Of a stretch of 64,000 nt of DNA, positions 37,901 to 51,306 are shown piece after piece. The DNA comes from Auanema rhodensis (taxonomy: Eukaryota; Animalia; Nematoda): the NCBI GenBank assembly GCA_964057225.1, contig OZ059900.1, forward strand, positions 10,354,001 to 10,418,000. The letters run 5' to 3'. A program made the position numbers and the translations under genes. Under the pieces are notes generated by a model, which saw only the letters and a list, made by a program, of their open reading frames with translations, was not told the DNA's origin and did no database searches. Each line of letters begins with the position of its first letter. Positions within the stretch are counted from its first letter, which is position 1.

Positions 37901-40900
37901 GACATAATTATGTTCACAATCTCATACTTTGTATGAAAAAGGTGAACAATGGCTGCCATCTCACTCATGATTCCGTTATATACTTCATTCGATTTAGATA
38001 TTTCAACAAATTGTCGCCATAGAGACACATTGGTCAAGCAAACGGCATAATTTAAACTCACATAGGTAACGCGAATTCAAAATTTCAATGATAATATCAG
38101 TATTATGTTTTTTCCATTTTAGTTTTCTGATTTGGCGCTTTTTTTAGCGTTTCTCTCTCTATTACTTAAACTTCCTTACTCATTCTCATTCTGGCAGTTT
38201 CAATCTGTCTCGGGCACATGCAACCCAGTATATATCCTGTGATATCCATTTGTTCACATATCAAATATTATCTTTGAATATTTTTCTCAATAACATTTTC
38301 TATTTATTTTTTTGTAACGATAATCTCTTTCTCTCAGTTGCTTTATATATATATAGATGTATCGAAATGTACGCTTAATAGTTTACTATGCAAAATATAT
38401 GTAACTTGTAAAGATTTGTATTCTTCAAATACAATTGTTTATGCATCAAAAGCAGTATAGAAACATATTTTCAATCAATTTTTGACCAACTTCATTAATT
38501 TTTCGCTATTTTTCTTGAATCTTTAATTTGTTGTGATGAAACAAATTACAATATGAGAAAGAGAAATATAAAAAAGTAGACAAAGAGAGATTCGAAAAGG
38601 ATAATCAGGATAGTGAGTAGGCGAGAGAATGAAAGAAACGGAGGACAACGGAAACATGTCTAGATTGTATCTTATATCTCAAAAATTGATGAAAAATGCA
38701 TATCTATAAATGTACTTGATTAAAAGTGGAAAAATGTTTCCAAAAGTTCTGCGTGACAGTCTGAACTATTGGAAATTTGAATCAAAAATTCTCAAACAGA
38801 GTCAGTATCAAATTATTCAATTTTCAGTGTGCAAAGTTTAAACATCAAAGCGTTAGGCATATTTCTGATAAATAGTTGTATATTCTTAAATAAAAACCAC
38901 AAAAAATCTATACTATTATTAAAATAAAAGAAGAAATATACTATGCGGTATATCTGTTCAATTCGTCCTAATTATATAATATGCCATTCTGTTTTCTTAA
39001 TTGTATAAAAAGCATCCTGAGTATTTCATTAAATTAAAATAAATAAGATATACTTGAAATTTAAAACAAAATGTTACATGTTCATATAAGTTGAATGAGT
39101 CAACTAACATCCAAAACTATCATAGATATGAATGATATGAGTATGTGATTATTAATTGATACTTTTCTTTTCATTATCAGTCAAATCTATGAATAGCATT
39201 GTTGATAATGCTATATAAATATGTATACATATGAGGATATTGCTCATATTTTGCATATATCTTGTTCAGAATATAGATAATGAGAGAAGAAGTGACAAAA
39301 AGGAAGACGATGGAAGCAGTGATATCACTTTTCACGTGGATTATCAATAAATATTATAAATCTTTTAAAAGTTCATGAATGAAATATAATCACAAATTGG
39401 AAAAATAATAATAAAAAAAGTAGAATATGATACAGATCAGCTTCACGTTACTTATCCTATTTATACATATATTATATCATATTTACCACTTTATATGACA
39501 TTTTTGAGTTTTTATTTTTCATAATATCAGCCATAGATTAGATTGAGCGCTGAATAAAAAAAGCCAATAAAAAGCACGTGAAAGATAGAAATTGATTATA
39601 AAATAATATGTTGATGTTGAAGATATTGATAAATGCTGAATATGTTTGTAATTTGCCCATTTCATTTGTATACTTGAACATCAACCGCATATAATCAACT
39701 GTCAATTTCATATATGTATTTTGATTTGTTCTAAAGAATTGACTATTCAAACTTTCTTTTTTCATTTTCTATTTCATGAATGTTATAATTATTCATCTTT
39801 TTTTCAGTTAAAACATATCTATAGGTTGAAATAATAGTTAATTATATATGTATTTATATATATAATCTATATAATAAACTATAGTTGATTATAATATTTG
39901 TGGGTTTTAATATTATATTTAAATGGAAGTAATTTTATCAATTTTCATTTTCTCTATTTCCCTTTTATTCTAGAAGTATGTAACTTCCTCGTTTAGAAAA
40001 TACGTTCTTAGTTTCAAAACAAAAAAATTAAAGTACTCTTGCTCTCCACTCTGATTATTCTCCCCCCCCCCTTTTTATATTTTAATTGATAATCTTTTAT
40101 CATAACAGCTAACTTAATCAACTATTTCGTGTCTTTTTTCCAAGTTGGAAATGTTCTAATGTTTAGTGTTATATTTTGCATAACACCTGCTACAATGCTT
40201 TGTTCTTTGACATATGTAGTTTGGAACTTCACAACACATTGTGGTCTAGTCCATTTTAGCAGCCGCATAAAATTATGAAAACTTCCAATTGGTTTTCTTT
40301 CAATCTCTTTGGCTTTTTTTCATCAAATCTTCAAATTCATTCTACTACTGCTATCGCTCATCGTTTGACAAAGCTGCCAATTTCAGTGTTCGAAGATTGT
40401 CCTTAAAATTCTTGTTTAGATAAAGCCTTGCACTTGCTTACTTGTATACATGCATCTCACTTCAAGAATGCGAATGTGAGAAAAGATTTATCTTTGTCTT
40501 TAAAGGAATGTTCTTTAAAATTAATTTGGATGGGCATTCATGTGTCAGAAGAGAAGCCCAGATAGAGCGTACGCTGCAAAGAGCAGGAAGAAGAAAAACG
40601 AGAGCTACAGATTGAAAACGAAAAGACATTTTTTTTTGAGTTTGACCTTTTTTCTTAAAAATAATGTGTTCAGTCAAAAATGAAAAAGTTGTTGTATTCC
40701 ATTGTTTACGAAAATATTGAAATTTTCAAATACAACAAGAGTAAAGGGTAGTATCTAAAACTGAATCTAACCTTTGAATAGATTTGCAAAAAAAATATTA
40801 AAAAAGTAGAAACGAATGTAAAATCAAATGTCATGCTGGGTTCATTTCAGTGCGATGATTATTCGGCTCGCTTGAAACTTATTAGTAAAACGGTGATTGC

Positions 40901-43719
40901 GATGAATTGAATCACTTCTCTTTGTTTCAACAACTCGAAATGAGATAAACGATTGCTCTTGATGAGATGAAGACCAACAGCAGATAATGTTCAATGTATA
41001 ACAGTACATTATTCAAAAAATAAATGTCAGACAATCTTCAAAGAATGGGAGCAAAGCTAATTGAATACCAAAGAAACGCCATATTAGGAACAAAGTAAAA
41101 AATTTGAAATTATCAAAAATGATTAAAAAGTAAAAAATTTAAATTTAAACCACAAAAGAACTAAAGAAAAGCTGTAAATTTTGTCAAAACAGAGCCAATA
41201 AAATGCGAAGAATTTGAGTAAAGAGATTACAACAAATATAAGAAATGAAATAGCGTATGGAAATAAACGACATATGAAATGAAGTGAAAAAATTGGGTGG
41301 GCGAAATGACAATCTATCTGTTGTCTGAGCTTTTTGACGTTTTTCTATTTTTCAGGAAAAGGCCTGTCCATAAATATAAGTATTATGATATATATGGAAG
41401 ACTTAAAATCATTTAGAATTAGAGAAACAAAAAATGAGAGATAAAAAGAAGGAGAGACAATATGAGAAAAGAAGAAGAATGACAGATATTTTTCAACTTG
41501 GTGGTGTTTAATGCACAAAATAAAGGATCCGGTGGGCTGTAAAAATGCTAAAAACGGTAGAGAAGGTAAAAAAATTTAAAAATAGCATATGCGGTTACTA
41601 AGTAGCGGAATCAGTTTTTTGATGCTTTGTGAGTGAGAAAGACGGAGCCGAGGATGAGGAGAGCAAAAGACCATTGAAGAGATAGGAGAGCTCAAAGCGG
41701 AAAGAGGATGGCATGGAAATATAAACTAGTCCGAACTTTTGAGCTATTTATGCTATTTATCAACTAAATTCCATGGAAATTGTTTGTTTTTAAACTTTGG
41801 ATATAGCTTTTCAAATAGTGGTTAATTCTAGTTGAAGCAACTTATCTGAGATACTGTTCTCAATCAAGAGATCCATACAAAGCACGACAATCATATTCTG
41901 AACTGACTTGGCTGACATGAGACGCTGACGGAGGGAAGGTTTTGGAGGCTCGTATGAGAGTCAAGCCTGGACGACCGCAAGTATGTTAACTGATCTGACC
42001 TCAAAAGCCATTCATCTGGCTGCTCCATATTCCACGCCTCTTTTTCTTTCAGCTTCTGTGTCTCTCTCAATGTCTCTCTGTTTCAAATATGCATTCTCTT
42101 TATTAAACTTATCTATACGCAATGAGCATATAGAGAAAACAGGAGGAGTTTAGCCCCCCCCCCTGATGCAGGCAGGCAAATCATCAAACAAACCGCAAGA
42201 TTGTAATGCAAGCCGTTTATTTGGCCAATAATAGCATGATTTTCGACGCATCGGGAGCAATTAGTATGAAGATGCAGATTATGCAATTATATTCAATATT
42301 GAAATTATATTTTTAAGCTTGGCAACAGTTTATAACAAATTTAACTATATTAATCAATAATGGTATAACATTTGTCAACAAACTACAAATTGTAACTAAA
42401 ATAAAACTCCGCGATCAGCTGTAGTTCATAAAACAATGAAATCTCTTCCATCATATCTCTCTTTCTCTCTCTCTTTGTTGCTCTCTTGCTTTCTTATCAA
42501 CATATCACAATCCAAAAAAAACATTTACTTTCCCTTGCATGAGAGCAATTTAAATGTTTTTTTGCTCGTTTTTCTCATGCCTTTTTAATATGTTTTCGGT
42601 TGTTTTCTCTTATTTTCTCGACATATAGTTTGTATGCGTTGATCAAGAAACTCATCTTATTCATTTTTATTTTTGATCGAAAATGTATCTACTAAACTAC
42701 ATAAGAGAATGTGATTAGTAAACGGAGCATTAAGAGCAACATATGATGCCATCATGGAACAAGGAAAACTGATAATGGTGAAGAGGAAGTATGTATAAGT
42801 TGAGAAAATGTATCCGTTACACGAGCATGGATTGTTGGATATAAAGTTATTAGGCAATCGGATTACGGTGAAAGGATCAAATAGAAATACTTTTTGAGCA
42901 AGAAAAGCACATAGGAAGTTGCAAATGAGTTTAGTTATAATACTTCGTGACATAGCGATCCAGAATAAATGCAAAAAATGAATGTAGTAAGCAAGTATTT
43001 GATGAAATATTAGCATAATACTCTATATCTGTTTTTGTTTGTTAAAACAGTTTTCACTCAATGACAATTCTAAGAAGCCTAAAAATCTTCAAAAAACAAA
43101 ATGAAAATGAATTGTTCGAAAAGAAATCAAAACTCGAAAGTTACTGGATTTTCACATGAGAATAATGACAAAACGAACAACAATAACGACTAAATGAAAC
43201 ATCTGTAGGCAAAAAAGAAAATGAGATGAGATCTCAACATCATACAATGCTTTGACGTTTCTATCATTCACATATGCATTATCTTTCAAAGGACAATAGA
43301 AGGTTGATTATCTAAAAGCATATCGATACATAGCATTTTCTAATTTTCTAGTTGCATTTGCATAACTCAATATGAGTAGATGGATGATGAGCATGAAGCA
43401 TTTTGCGTATATGATTTGATATTCTATTCTTTTGCCTTTTCAATGGTTGCTCAAAAATATGCTTAACGAAATAAGTTAACGAGAAAATGAAACGTGAGAT
43501 ATGTATTAGAAGATAGAAAGATGAGATCAATGATAGAGAGAAAAAGGAAAAAGAATTTATTCATCTATCTTTCTTTATTCATTTTGTCCTTGAGCTTTAA
43601 AATATATACAACTTATCTTGCAAAATAAAAAATTTGTTTCGAAAAATTAAGATGAAAAACGTTACATCATAAGCAAATTATAAATATAATTAGAGTAAGA
43701 AACATTTCACTTTAATACG

Positions 43720-46700
43720 CTAATCATTGAACAGTCGCGAAGGTGCGTAAGACTCTTGCATGAACATGACGCGATTGCTTGTAAACGATGCTTGGCTGCC
43801 TTTACGGGAATTTCTACGTTCTGTTACGTATGCTACTGACGGAATAGGTAAATAGGATGCTAAGGAGCCGCGACGAACAGGTTCCAGTGGTGGTATGCCA
43901 AGCTCTTTATCTAGCTGAGCATTGCGCACTGCAAAGTATTTCATTGAAATAGAAAAAAATCAATTTTGCAAATTAATGAAACAAAAACAAACATTTGGCT
44001 TCTAACCCAGGCACAAACTTCAATTTTTCCACCACAGATGGATATCGCCTGAAAAGTTGAAAATGACAAAATAGAAAAGGCCATTTTCCTTATTCTATAT
44101 AAACGTCAAACTAATAATTCAAAAAAGTATAAAAGATTGATGAAAAATTTAAATGAGTAATTGATGCTGCATAAAAGAAGTATACTTGAAAAGTTCTATT
44201 TGAAATTGAACTGACCTGAAAAATAGAAATGCTTGCAAGCATGCACATATTTGAACAGGTAGGAAAGATAAAGCAGCCGAAAAGAATGGGTAACCTGAAA
44301 AAATTGTCATTATCTTGTTATGAATATTAGTATATCTACGATTTAGTTGTAACTTTTTTGCATAGTTTGGACTGAAAAAGTTCCGGGTTTCCAGATCTAA
44401 CTTATCTCTCCGTTATAAGGTTTATTTCACTTGAGGCAATGAGAATTGTTGGACTTTTTTTGTTTATTTGTTGAAATATGATGGCATGATCATAAGACAT
44501 GCGGTTTTTATAATAAACTATGTAATAATAGTCATATTTCAACATAAATCTCTGTATTTCCTTATGATCATATTTATTTTCCTGTATACTATAACAGATA
44601 TAGCTGCTCACATTTCAAACAGGAAAAGATTATGACAGAATGGGAAGACATAAAGTATTGTTTGATTTAATAAATTCTCCTAAAAAAATTTGAACGTAGC
44701 CATGAAGTTATACTGGTTTTACAAGCATTTGTATGGATAAGGGATTGAAGAAAGATCAACGTCTAATATTTCTTATTGTTCTAGCTTGGGGATGACTTTC
44801 TGATTTCACATAGCTAAATATATATTCGAAATTATTTTGCCTTTAACTTTATACATCTTTTCACAAAGAACAGATTGCTGATTTTTAAATTTCAAATTAA
44901 TATTTTAGGGAAAAATGAAAAAAAGAAACTAAATTTTTAAAAAATAATAAAAATATTTTCAATGAAATATTGCAGTTATAAAGTTTTCTCATTTTGACTT
45001 GTTGCATGTGTTTTTCTATTAAGAGTATGCTTGTTGTTATTGTGTGTTGTGTATATATTTCTCAAGTTTTCTTATTGTTTCATTGTTTACTCACCATATT
45101 TATAACTGAATTGGCTGGGCTCTCCGGCAGCATTCGGTTTCATGCGTGGGGCTAATTCGTCATCGACCACACATACAACCATGAGAACGGCGGTCGATAA
45201 GATGATGCCTATATAAATGAATTTAAATACATTTAATTGAAAAAGCAGATAATGTGAAAAAAGAAACGGGAAGGAAGGAAGAATTAAATTAATGGGACTA
45301 AAAAGCTCAAAAAATTCCCTCAAGACATTGTTTAGAAGTACATGGAATGAGATGAATTGAGAAACTAGAGAGATTGTCAATATACAGACTTAAAGAGAGT
45401 ACGTATTTTGAGATATTCAGCTCATTTCTAATTGTTCATCTCCGAGTCTCATCATTTTATTGGAGTATATGATCTCATCCGGTTATTTGTCAATATGAAT
45501 CACATGACTTACTTCCCATTATATAGCAAATTGATGCAAATAGTGTACTCGTTGTCTTGTTCATATGCCCAAATATAGCGAGAAATAATGCCAACCAACA
45601 AATGGATGCTCCGGAGATATGTAAAAGTGCTGGCATTCCCAAACGAACTGAAATGAAGAAAATTAAAAAAGGGTTTGTTTACTTAATTAAGCGCTCCTCA
45701 TGCTATAAGCGTACAAAATCGTACCAATAACAGCTAAAGAAGCAACTGAGAAATTCGTTAAATCACGTTGCGTAATTAACGGATTCAAATGGCATTGATG
45801 TCGAGATTCTTTTTCTGAAAAAAGTAAAATCATTCACAGCTAATTCTTAAATTACAACAACGAAATGTCCTTATTCCGCGTTCATACAAAATGTACGAAA
45901 AATGATTCAAAACTATACCTGGCAGTTCATCTTCTGTATAGATAGTCCCAGTAAAATTATAAATAACATAACGACATAATTGAAAATATCCCGTATTATA
46001 ATGAAAGGTTGTCTCCTTAAATATAAAATATTGTTTATAATGAGTTTTTTAAAGGAAAAATTACAATCAATTCTCCATTTTCACTTGTCCTATTAATTTC
46101 ACGAGGCTCAGTAAATAGCACCCAATTGTTTAGTATAATTGGAAGTGATTGAAGTATGATAACAATAAAGCCAAACATCATAGATGTTGCAAATAGTACA
46201 TTGTCTGTACATCGTGCTTCAATGAAGAGCTGAAATATACATTTAGATAAACTTAAATTTTATATTATTATAATAAATAATCAAATTTTAACTGTAATTG
46301 GATATCTAAGTTACAACATTTTTATTTATCGATTTTGAGACTGACCATTAATTTATTTTGAAAAACTTTTTATTAGCTCATTAAAAGTTTAATTTATATT
46401 ATCAAGTGCTCAAGATTTTTTTTCAAAGAAAATGTTGATCAGAAGACGATTTGAAGCGTCATGGTGGGCATAAACGATTTGATTAAGTTTAAAAAAAACT
46501 TTTCGTTACTGAATTTTAAATTTTAAATTAACGAATGCATTGCCATATCTTTGAAACTGCAAGAATATATGAAACAAGGGTACTATATGTATTAACGTGG
46601 AAATATATTGATGAATATAGTATATTCAACATATATTTTGAATAATTACATAGTTATATGCCGAATTCAAATTAAAAAAACAAAAATTTCATAAAGTAAA

Positions 46701-46840
46701 TAACTAGAAAACATGAAAATATATTTTACCTTGGATAGCTTTTCACTCATCGGGTAGTCAACTGGCTGCTCCCAGCTCGGTTGTTGCTCTTCCTCATTCT
46801 CGTTGTCTAACGCAAATTGTCCGCTGAACCGTGGACTCAT
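43720..46840 (-). CDS. Stargazin/TARP-like claudin-superfamily 4-TM protein (STG-1/STG-2 type glutamate receptor auxiliary subunit)
   Basis: TM1 followed by NNWVLFTEP, GYFQLC...C in loop 1, TM2 and TM3, VVDDELAPRMKPNAAGEPSQFSYKYGYPFF leading into TM4, and an Arg/Ser-rich tail (RRGS, RRNSRKGS). Stop TAG is at 43720-43722. I cannot distinguish stg-1 from stg-2. Confidence 0.82.
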
Positions 46841-49800
46841 TTTGGCCTAATAACTTTTGTCTTTCAACAAATTTGTAAACTGAAAAAAACAAAACTTCAA
46901 AATAATATGTTTCTCTTATTACGACGACAAAATGAGTTGAAAAAAAAATAATTGATTTAACTATATGATGCTTTTCCTTAATTTTTCGTGCAATAGATTT
47001 CGAAGAAGTTCATGCTGCTCAGTTCATTCTATAGAGTTTAATTAGGGTAAGTTATAAAAAAAATTAATAATAATATTGAAAATGTTTGAAAAATTACTAT
47101 AAATAATGAAAAAACAGCTGCATAGATATCCTACTTTTGGTGTTAGGTTGCACAGGTTTTGCGACCAAGTATAGCATTGTGAGAAGTAGCCATCGAACTT
47201 AGAACGGATGAGTAAGTAGCTGAAAAATGGGAGAGATAGCTGCTTGATGGAAAGACGCAAATTGAAATTGTATGATGCAGTCTGCTAGAGGGGATATAAG
47301 GTAGTTGTCGAAGATGTTCTCTCATTCTCTCTCTCTTACTCTTTTTGTCCATTTCTCAACCAATTTATCTTCTAAATGCACAAGGCTAGGTTTAGAAGCT
47401 TCTGAAGATGATGACGATGATGATGGTGATGTACTTACTTGAAATTGGCTAAGAATTACATCGTCCACTCCAGCCAAGATGATGTGACAGAAATTGAAGA
47501 CGATTCTCGCTGTGCACAAAGAGCAATCACTTAACACTATTCGAATAGTAATAAATCGCCAAGAAACGTGTTCAGAATAACTTGAAAAACCATTGAGAGC
47601 ACAACTTTTCAATCATACTTTTGCATTTTTCTCACATATATAATTATAATTCGTCATTCACAGCCACATATTTTAATCTTCTTACTTCAGTTTTCACGTA
47701 TGTTACGTGATATCCAATAGAATTTCGCTCAAGTTTTTTTCATTAAAAGCAATTCCGGAAAGCAATTTAGCTCTCTTTTCCTTTAGTTCCGTTTTTTTTT
47801 TAAGTATTCTTAGAGGGTGATCGTTTTCTGGTAACCAAGATTTTATATAAGCTTCAGCTCACGCGAATATACGAAAAAGAATTAATCCACGTATTTTATT
47901 AGTTCTTTTGGGCGAAATGTATCAGATAATAAAAAACTTATTTGATTTTTTTTGAAAATCTTTTTTTTAAAAATTGGAAGATTTTTGCCTGAAGTAAAAG
48001 GCTGAACTAAAAACTAATTCAAGAATGAGAGTAAACAAATGAAAAAATCATTACTGTAGTTTATAAAAATTGAAGATCATTGATTATATTGGTCAAAAAC
48101 ACTGTGTGTATAATGTTTTTCACATTTTTTTCGTTACCATAAAAAATTGGAAATTTTTTCATCGATTCTGAGAATTAGTAATGCTATTAGTCATCATGAA
48201 ACCACCCATTCAGTAAAGTTAAGGAGATAAAGTTCTATTTATTAAATTGTATTATGTTCTATTATATGTATATGATATTAATTTATAATATTAACAAGAT
48301 TATATTACTTTATTGGCTTGTATTGGATAAGTGGCATTATGCTTTTTATCAAATACTTTTAAGTATTTGTATATGAATGAAAATGACACTATCATTTTAA
48401 AAATGAATAGACGATTATACAATAATTCTATTAACTAATAAATGATATTAAATTACAAAAACTCTCAAGAAAGAATGCAGTTTGAACTCTATTTCTTACT
48501 TGAAATAACAGTAGTGCAAGGTATATTGAATTTACAAACAAAATATTGTATTTCGATCTTTATGCAGTATCTCAGCTTGAATTTGTCGCTTTAGCAAAAA
48601 TGAAATGTTTTAAAAATCATTTTTATCAATTCAATTAATATAATTTATAAGAAAAGTGAATGAAAATTCTTCTTAATTGCATTGTTTTTCATTAATTGGT
48701 TGTACTCATGAGGCTGCATCGTCTGTCTTTTTACTTATTCACATCAAAATCTTCTCTATTCATCTTGCGCATTTCAATCTTTGTTGCCTTTCATGTTCAT
48801 TCTTCTTCATCAGTACTTCATCTGTCTACCATCGTATGCGTCATCTCAACGTGCGTCCATGCAACGGCACATTGCGCTGTTGCTGTTGCTCTAGATGTTC
48901 TAATTCTACGACTTTCATCTTATTTGCTTTGAGATTCAATTCCTTCCTGGTGGTTGTTTCTCCCTTGGCGAATGCAGACAGAGAGAGCGAGAGAGTTGGT
49001 CAAGGGAGGGAGAAAGAGAAAGAAAGAGACGTACAACATCACATGCACTGCAAATGCTTCACATATGTGCCTTAAAGTAATTGGTCAAATTTGACATATA
49101 AGCATAAATGTATATTTGAAGCTTCATAATATCAACATACATATGAATATCTATATGCGTATTCGAAATAAGGCAGTATGGATATGTACTACCATGAAAA
49201 GCCCTTTTGAATATAAGTAAATAGTCAAGTATTGCTTTCTATAGCAATTCATATTAAACCAATGAATGATTCTTGAAAAAAGGGTAATTGTTCTCATAAT
49301 ATTTTCTTTTTTTCGGTGAAATTGTAAACTCCATAAACCAGGGAGACATTTCAAAAATAGATTTGACGATTAGAAAGAGTGAACAAAAGAAAAATCAAAC
49401 CCAGCAATATGCTTCGCTTTTTCTCGAAAATTTTCTTTTTTGATATGAACGCTAACAAAATTTATAACCAACAATACTGCGCAGATCCTAATAAATTCCT
49501 TATCTGATAAGGAAAAATAAAATAATTAACAGTTTATCCCGTAGTTTGCGCATAACTTTCAAATATATTTATAAATGAAAAGCAAAAATTCTATTTCCTC
49601 ATATTTGGGAAACGAAACTTTATGCTGTGTGTACATGAGATTATTAGATTAATCAGTGAGCATCGCATTCTTCTCATCTATATTGAGGCACGTCATATGA
49701 AATTTGGAATAAATATAAAGCTAAGAAATCGTAAAAAGGGACAAGCTCATAATGAATCCTTCATATGAAGGATTATCTGACAAATAATTCATTTGTTTAA

Positions 49801-50096
49801 AGAAAAATGAAACATGCGTAGCACTCAGTGAATATGTTTTTTAAAAATTTATGAAAGTTTATGATATTATGTTGAATTGTTGATTGAAATAGTAAATGAC
49901 ATTGACATACTTTTTATAATTGAGTTGCATAACTGAAACCCTTTCAGTTTGATCATAATTATGAGAGGAATGTAACCCGAAATATTCTTTTTTTTTCGGT
50001 TTTCTCTAGGGAATTTATCTACGTTCAGATACTTAGCTTATCCTTCTGATGTGAGGAAAGTCATTGTTCTGTAGGATTTATATTAGTAAATCTTTA

Positions 50097-51306
50097 TTAG
50101 AAAAATTTGAATAAAAATGTAACAAACAGTTGTGTTAATACAGTTAATACAATCAATCCATGATTGCTGTGCAAAGCTGGAACGGAGCCATTCGGCTCTT
50201 TTCGTTCGAAATATGATCGATTTGAGAGCAAATGATGCTGATCATGATGATCATATTCATGATATCCATGATGTTTTGCACGACCACGAAAACGTCTGCA
50301 AACAATAGAATATATTTCTACGAAATTAATTGAGGCTATGTGTCTTTATGAACAAAAACATACTGTCTGTGAGGTTCATCAGCCTGTTGTGTGCTGACAA
50401 TGACATCATCATAAATGTCTGTGTTATTAGGTGTTACAGGCTCTTCTACATATGGACAAACGCTACAGTTGCACTTGGCGCCATCATTATAATTACAAAT
50501 ACCATTGTCACCTAACTGAAATTTGAAAATTATTTTTTATTTTCTTGTCAATTTCTTTTTTTTCGCACATTTTAATTTGAAAATATAAATTTTCTCATAC
50601 TAAACATATTTTTATTATTGTATTTCATTATTTAAAACATTTTATAAAATAATAAGTGTTATACAAAATATAAATATTGATTTTAAACTTAAAATCAGTT
50701 GAATATTGTTGAATTGTAGAAAATTATTGATGTTTCCGGTTTTATAATCAAAGTAAATCAAATCTAGATCATATGCATTCTATTTACCGCTTAAATTTGA
50801 TAATTTAAAAAATTTTCCACATAATAGTTGAGAAACAATCTCTTTCAATATTCAAATTTCAACTTACATTTATAATATCTTCATCGGATATGAAAAACTG
50901 TTTATATGATATGCAACGCAATGAATGATCAACAATTGAACTGAAAATAAAATAATATAGTTGATTGTAGAATTTATTTTTTTTTGGCTTTTCTTCCAAA
51001 TATTTAAAAAATTAAAGCAGAAAATATATTTGTATATCTGAACTCACTCTGATTTCTCATAAACATTTAAACAAAATATTAATGATGCTGGATCTTTATA
51101 AGCACATTCTATTATATTCTCGAAACATGTTGGATTTGTTGATCGAACATCAACGCAATAGTTGCATACCTATAAATATATATTATTATAACTATTTATA
51201 ATTGAAATTATTTTTCTTATTTTTTAAAATCACTTACTGATGATGTTGGACCTTTGGAAAAGGCAACAGCCGCAGCTAGTAGACAGATTTGATCACAATT
51301 TAACAT
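50097..51306 (-). CDS. 204-aa cell-surface protein: signal peptide, 10-Cys Ly6/three-finger-like domain, His-rich stalk, GPI-type hydrophobic C-terminus
   Basis: Five exons (51306-51238, 51169-51048, 50940-50868, 50515-50364, 50295-50097) have canonical sites and matching intron phases 0,2,0,2. Product: MLNCDQICLLAAAVAFSKG...VCNYC...TC...EC...FC...RC...IC...KCNCSVC...HHGYHEYDHHDQHH...NGSVPALHSNHGLIVLTVLTQLFVTFLFKFF. Confidence 0.78.

Noticed and set aside
35145-40677. Many 60-100 aa hydrophobic or Lys-rich ORFs in the ORF track
   Set aside because: Low-complexity translations of AT-rich and CT/GA-rich non-coding DNA, without consistent splice sites.
42657-43016. 119-aa ORF and a stop-interrupted opposite-strand frame that might be a transposon relic
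   Set aside because: No recognisable transposase, RT or protease motif, and no terminal repeats.
49755-49774. Perfect 20-bp palindrome AATCCTTCATATGAAGGATT
   Set aside because: In 64 kb of AT-rich DNA one such palindrome is not improbable, and no transposon ends or repeats are associated.
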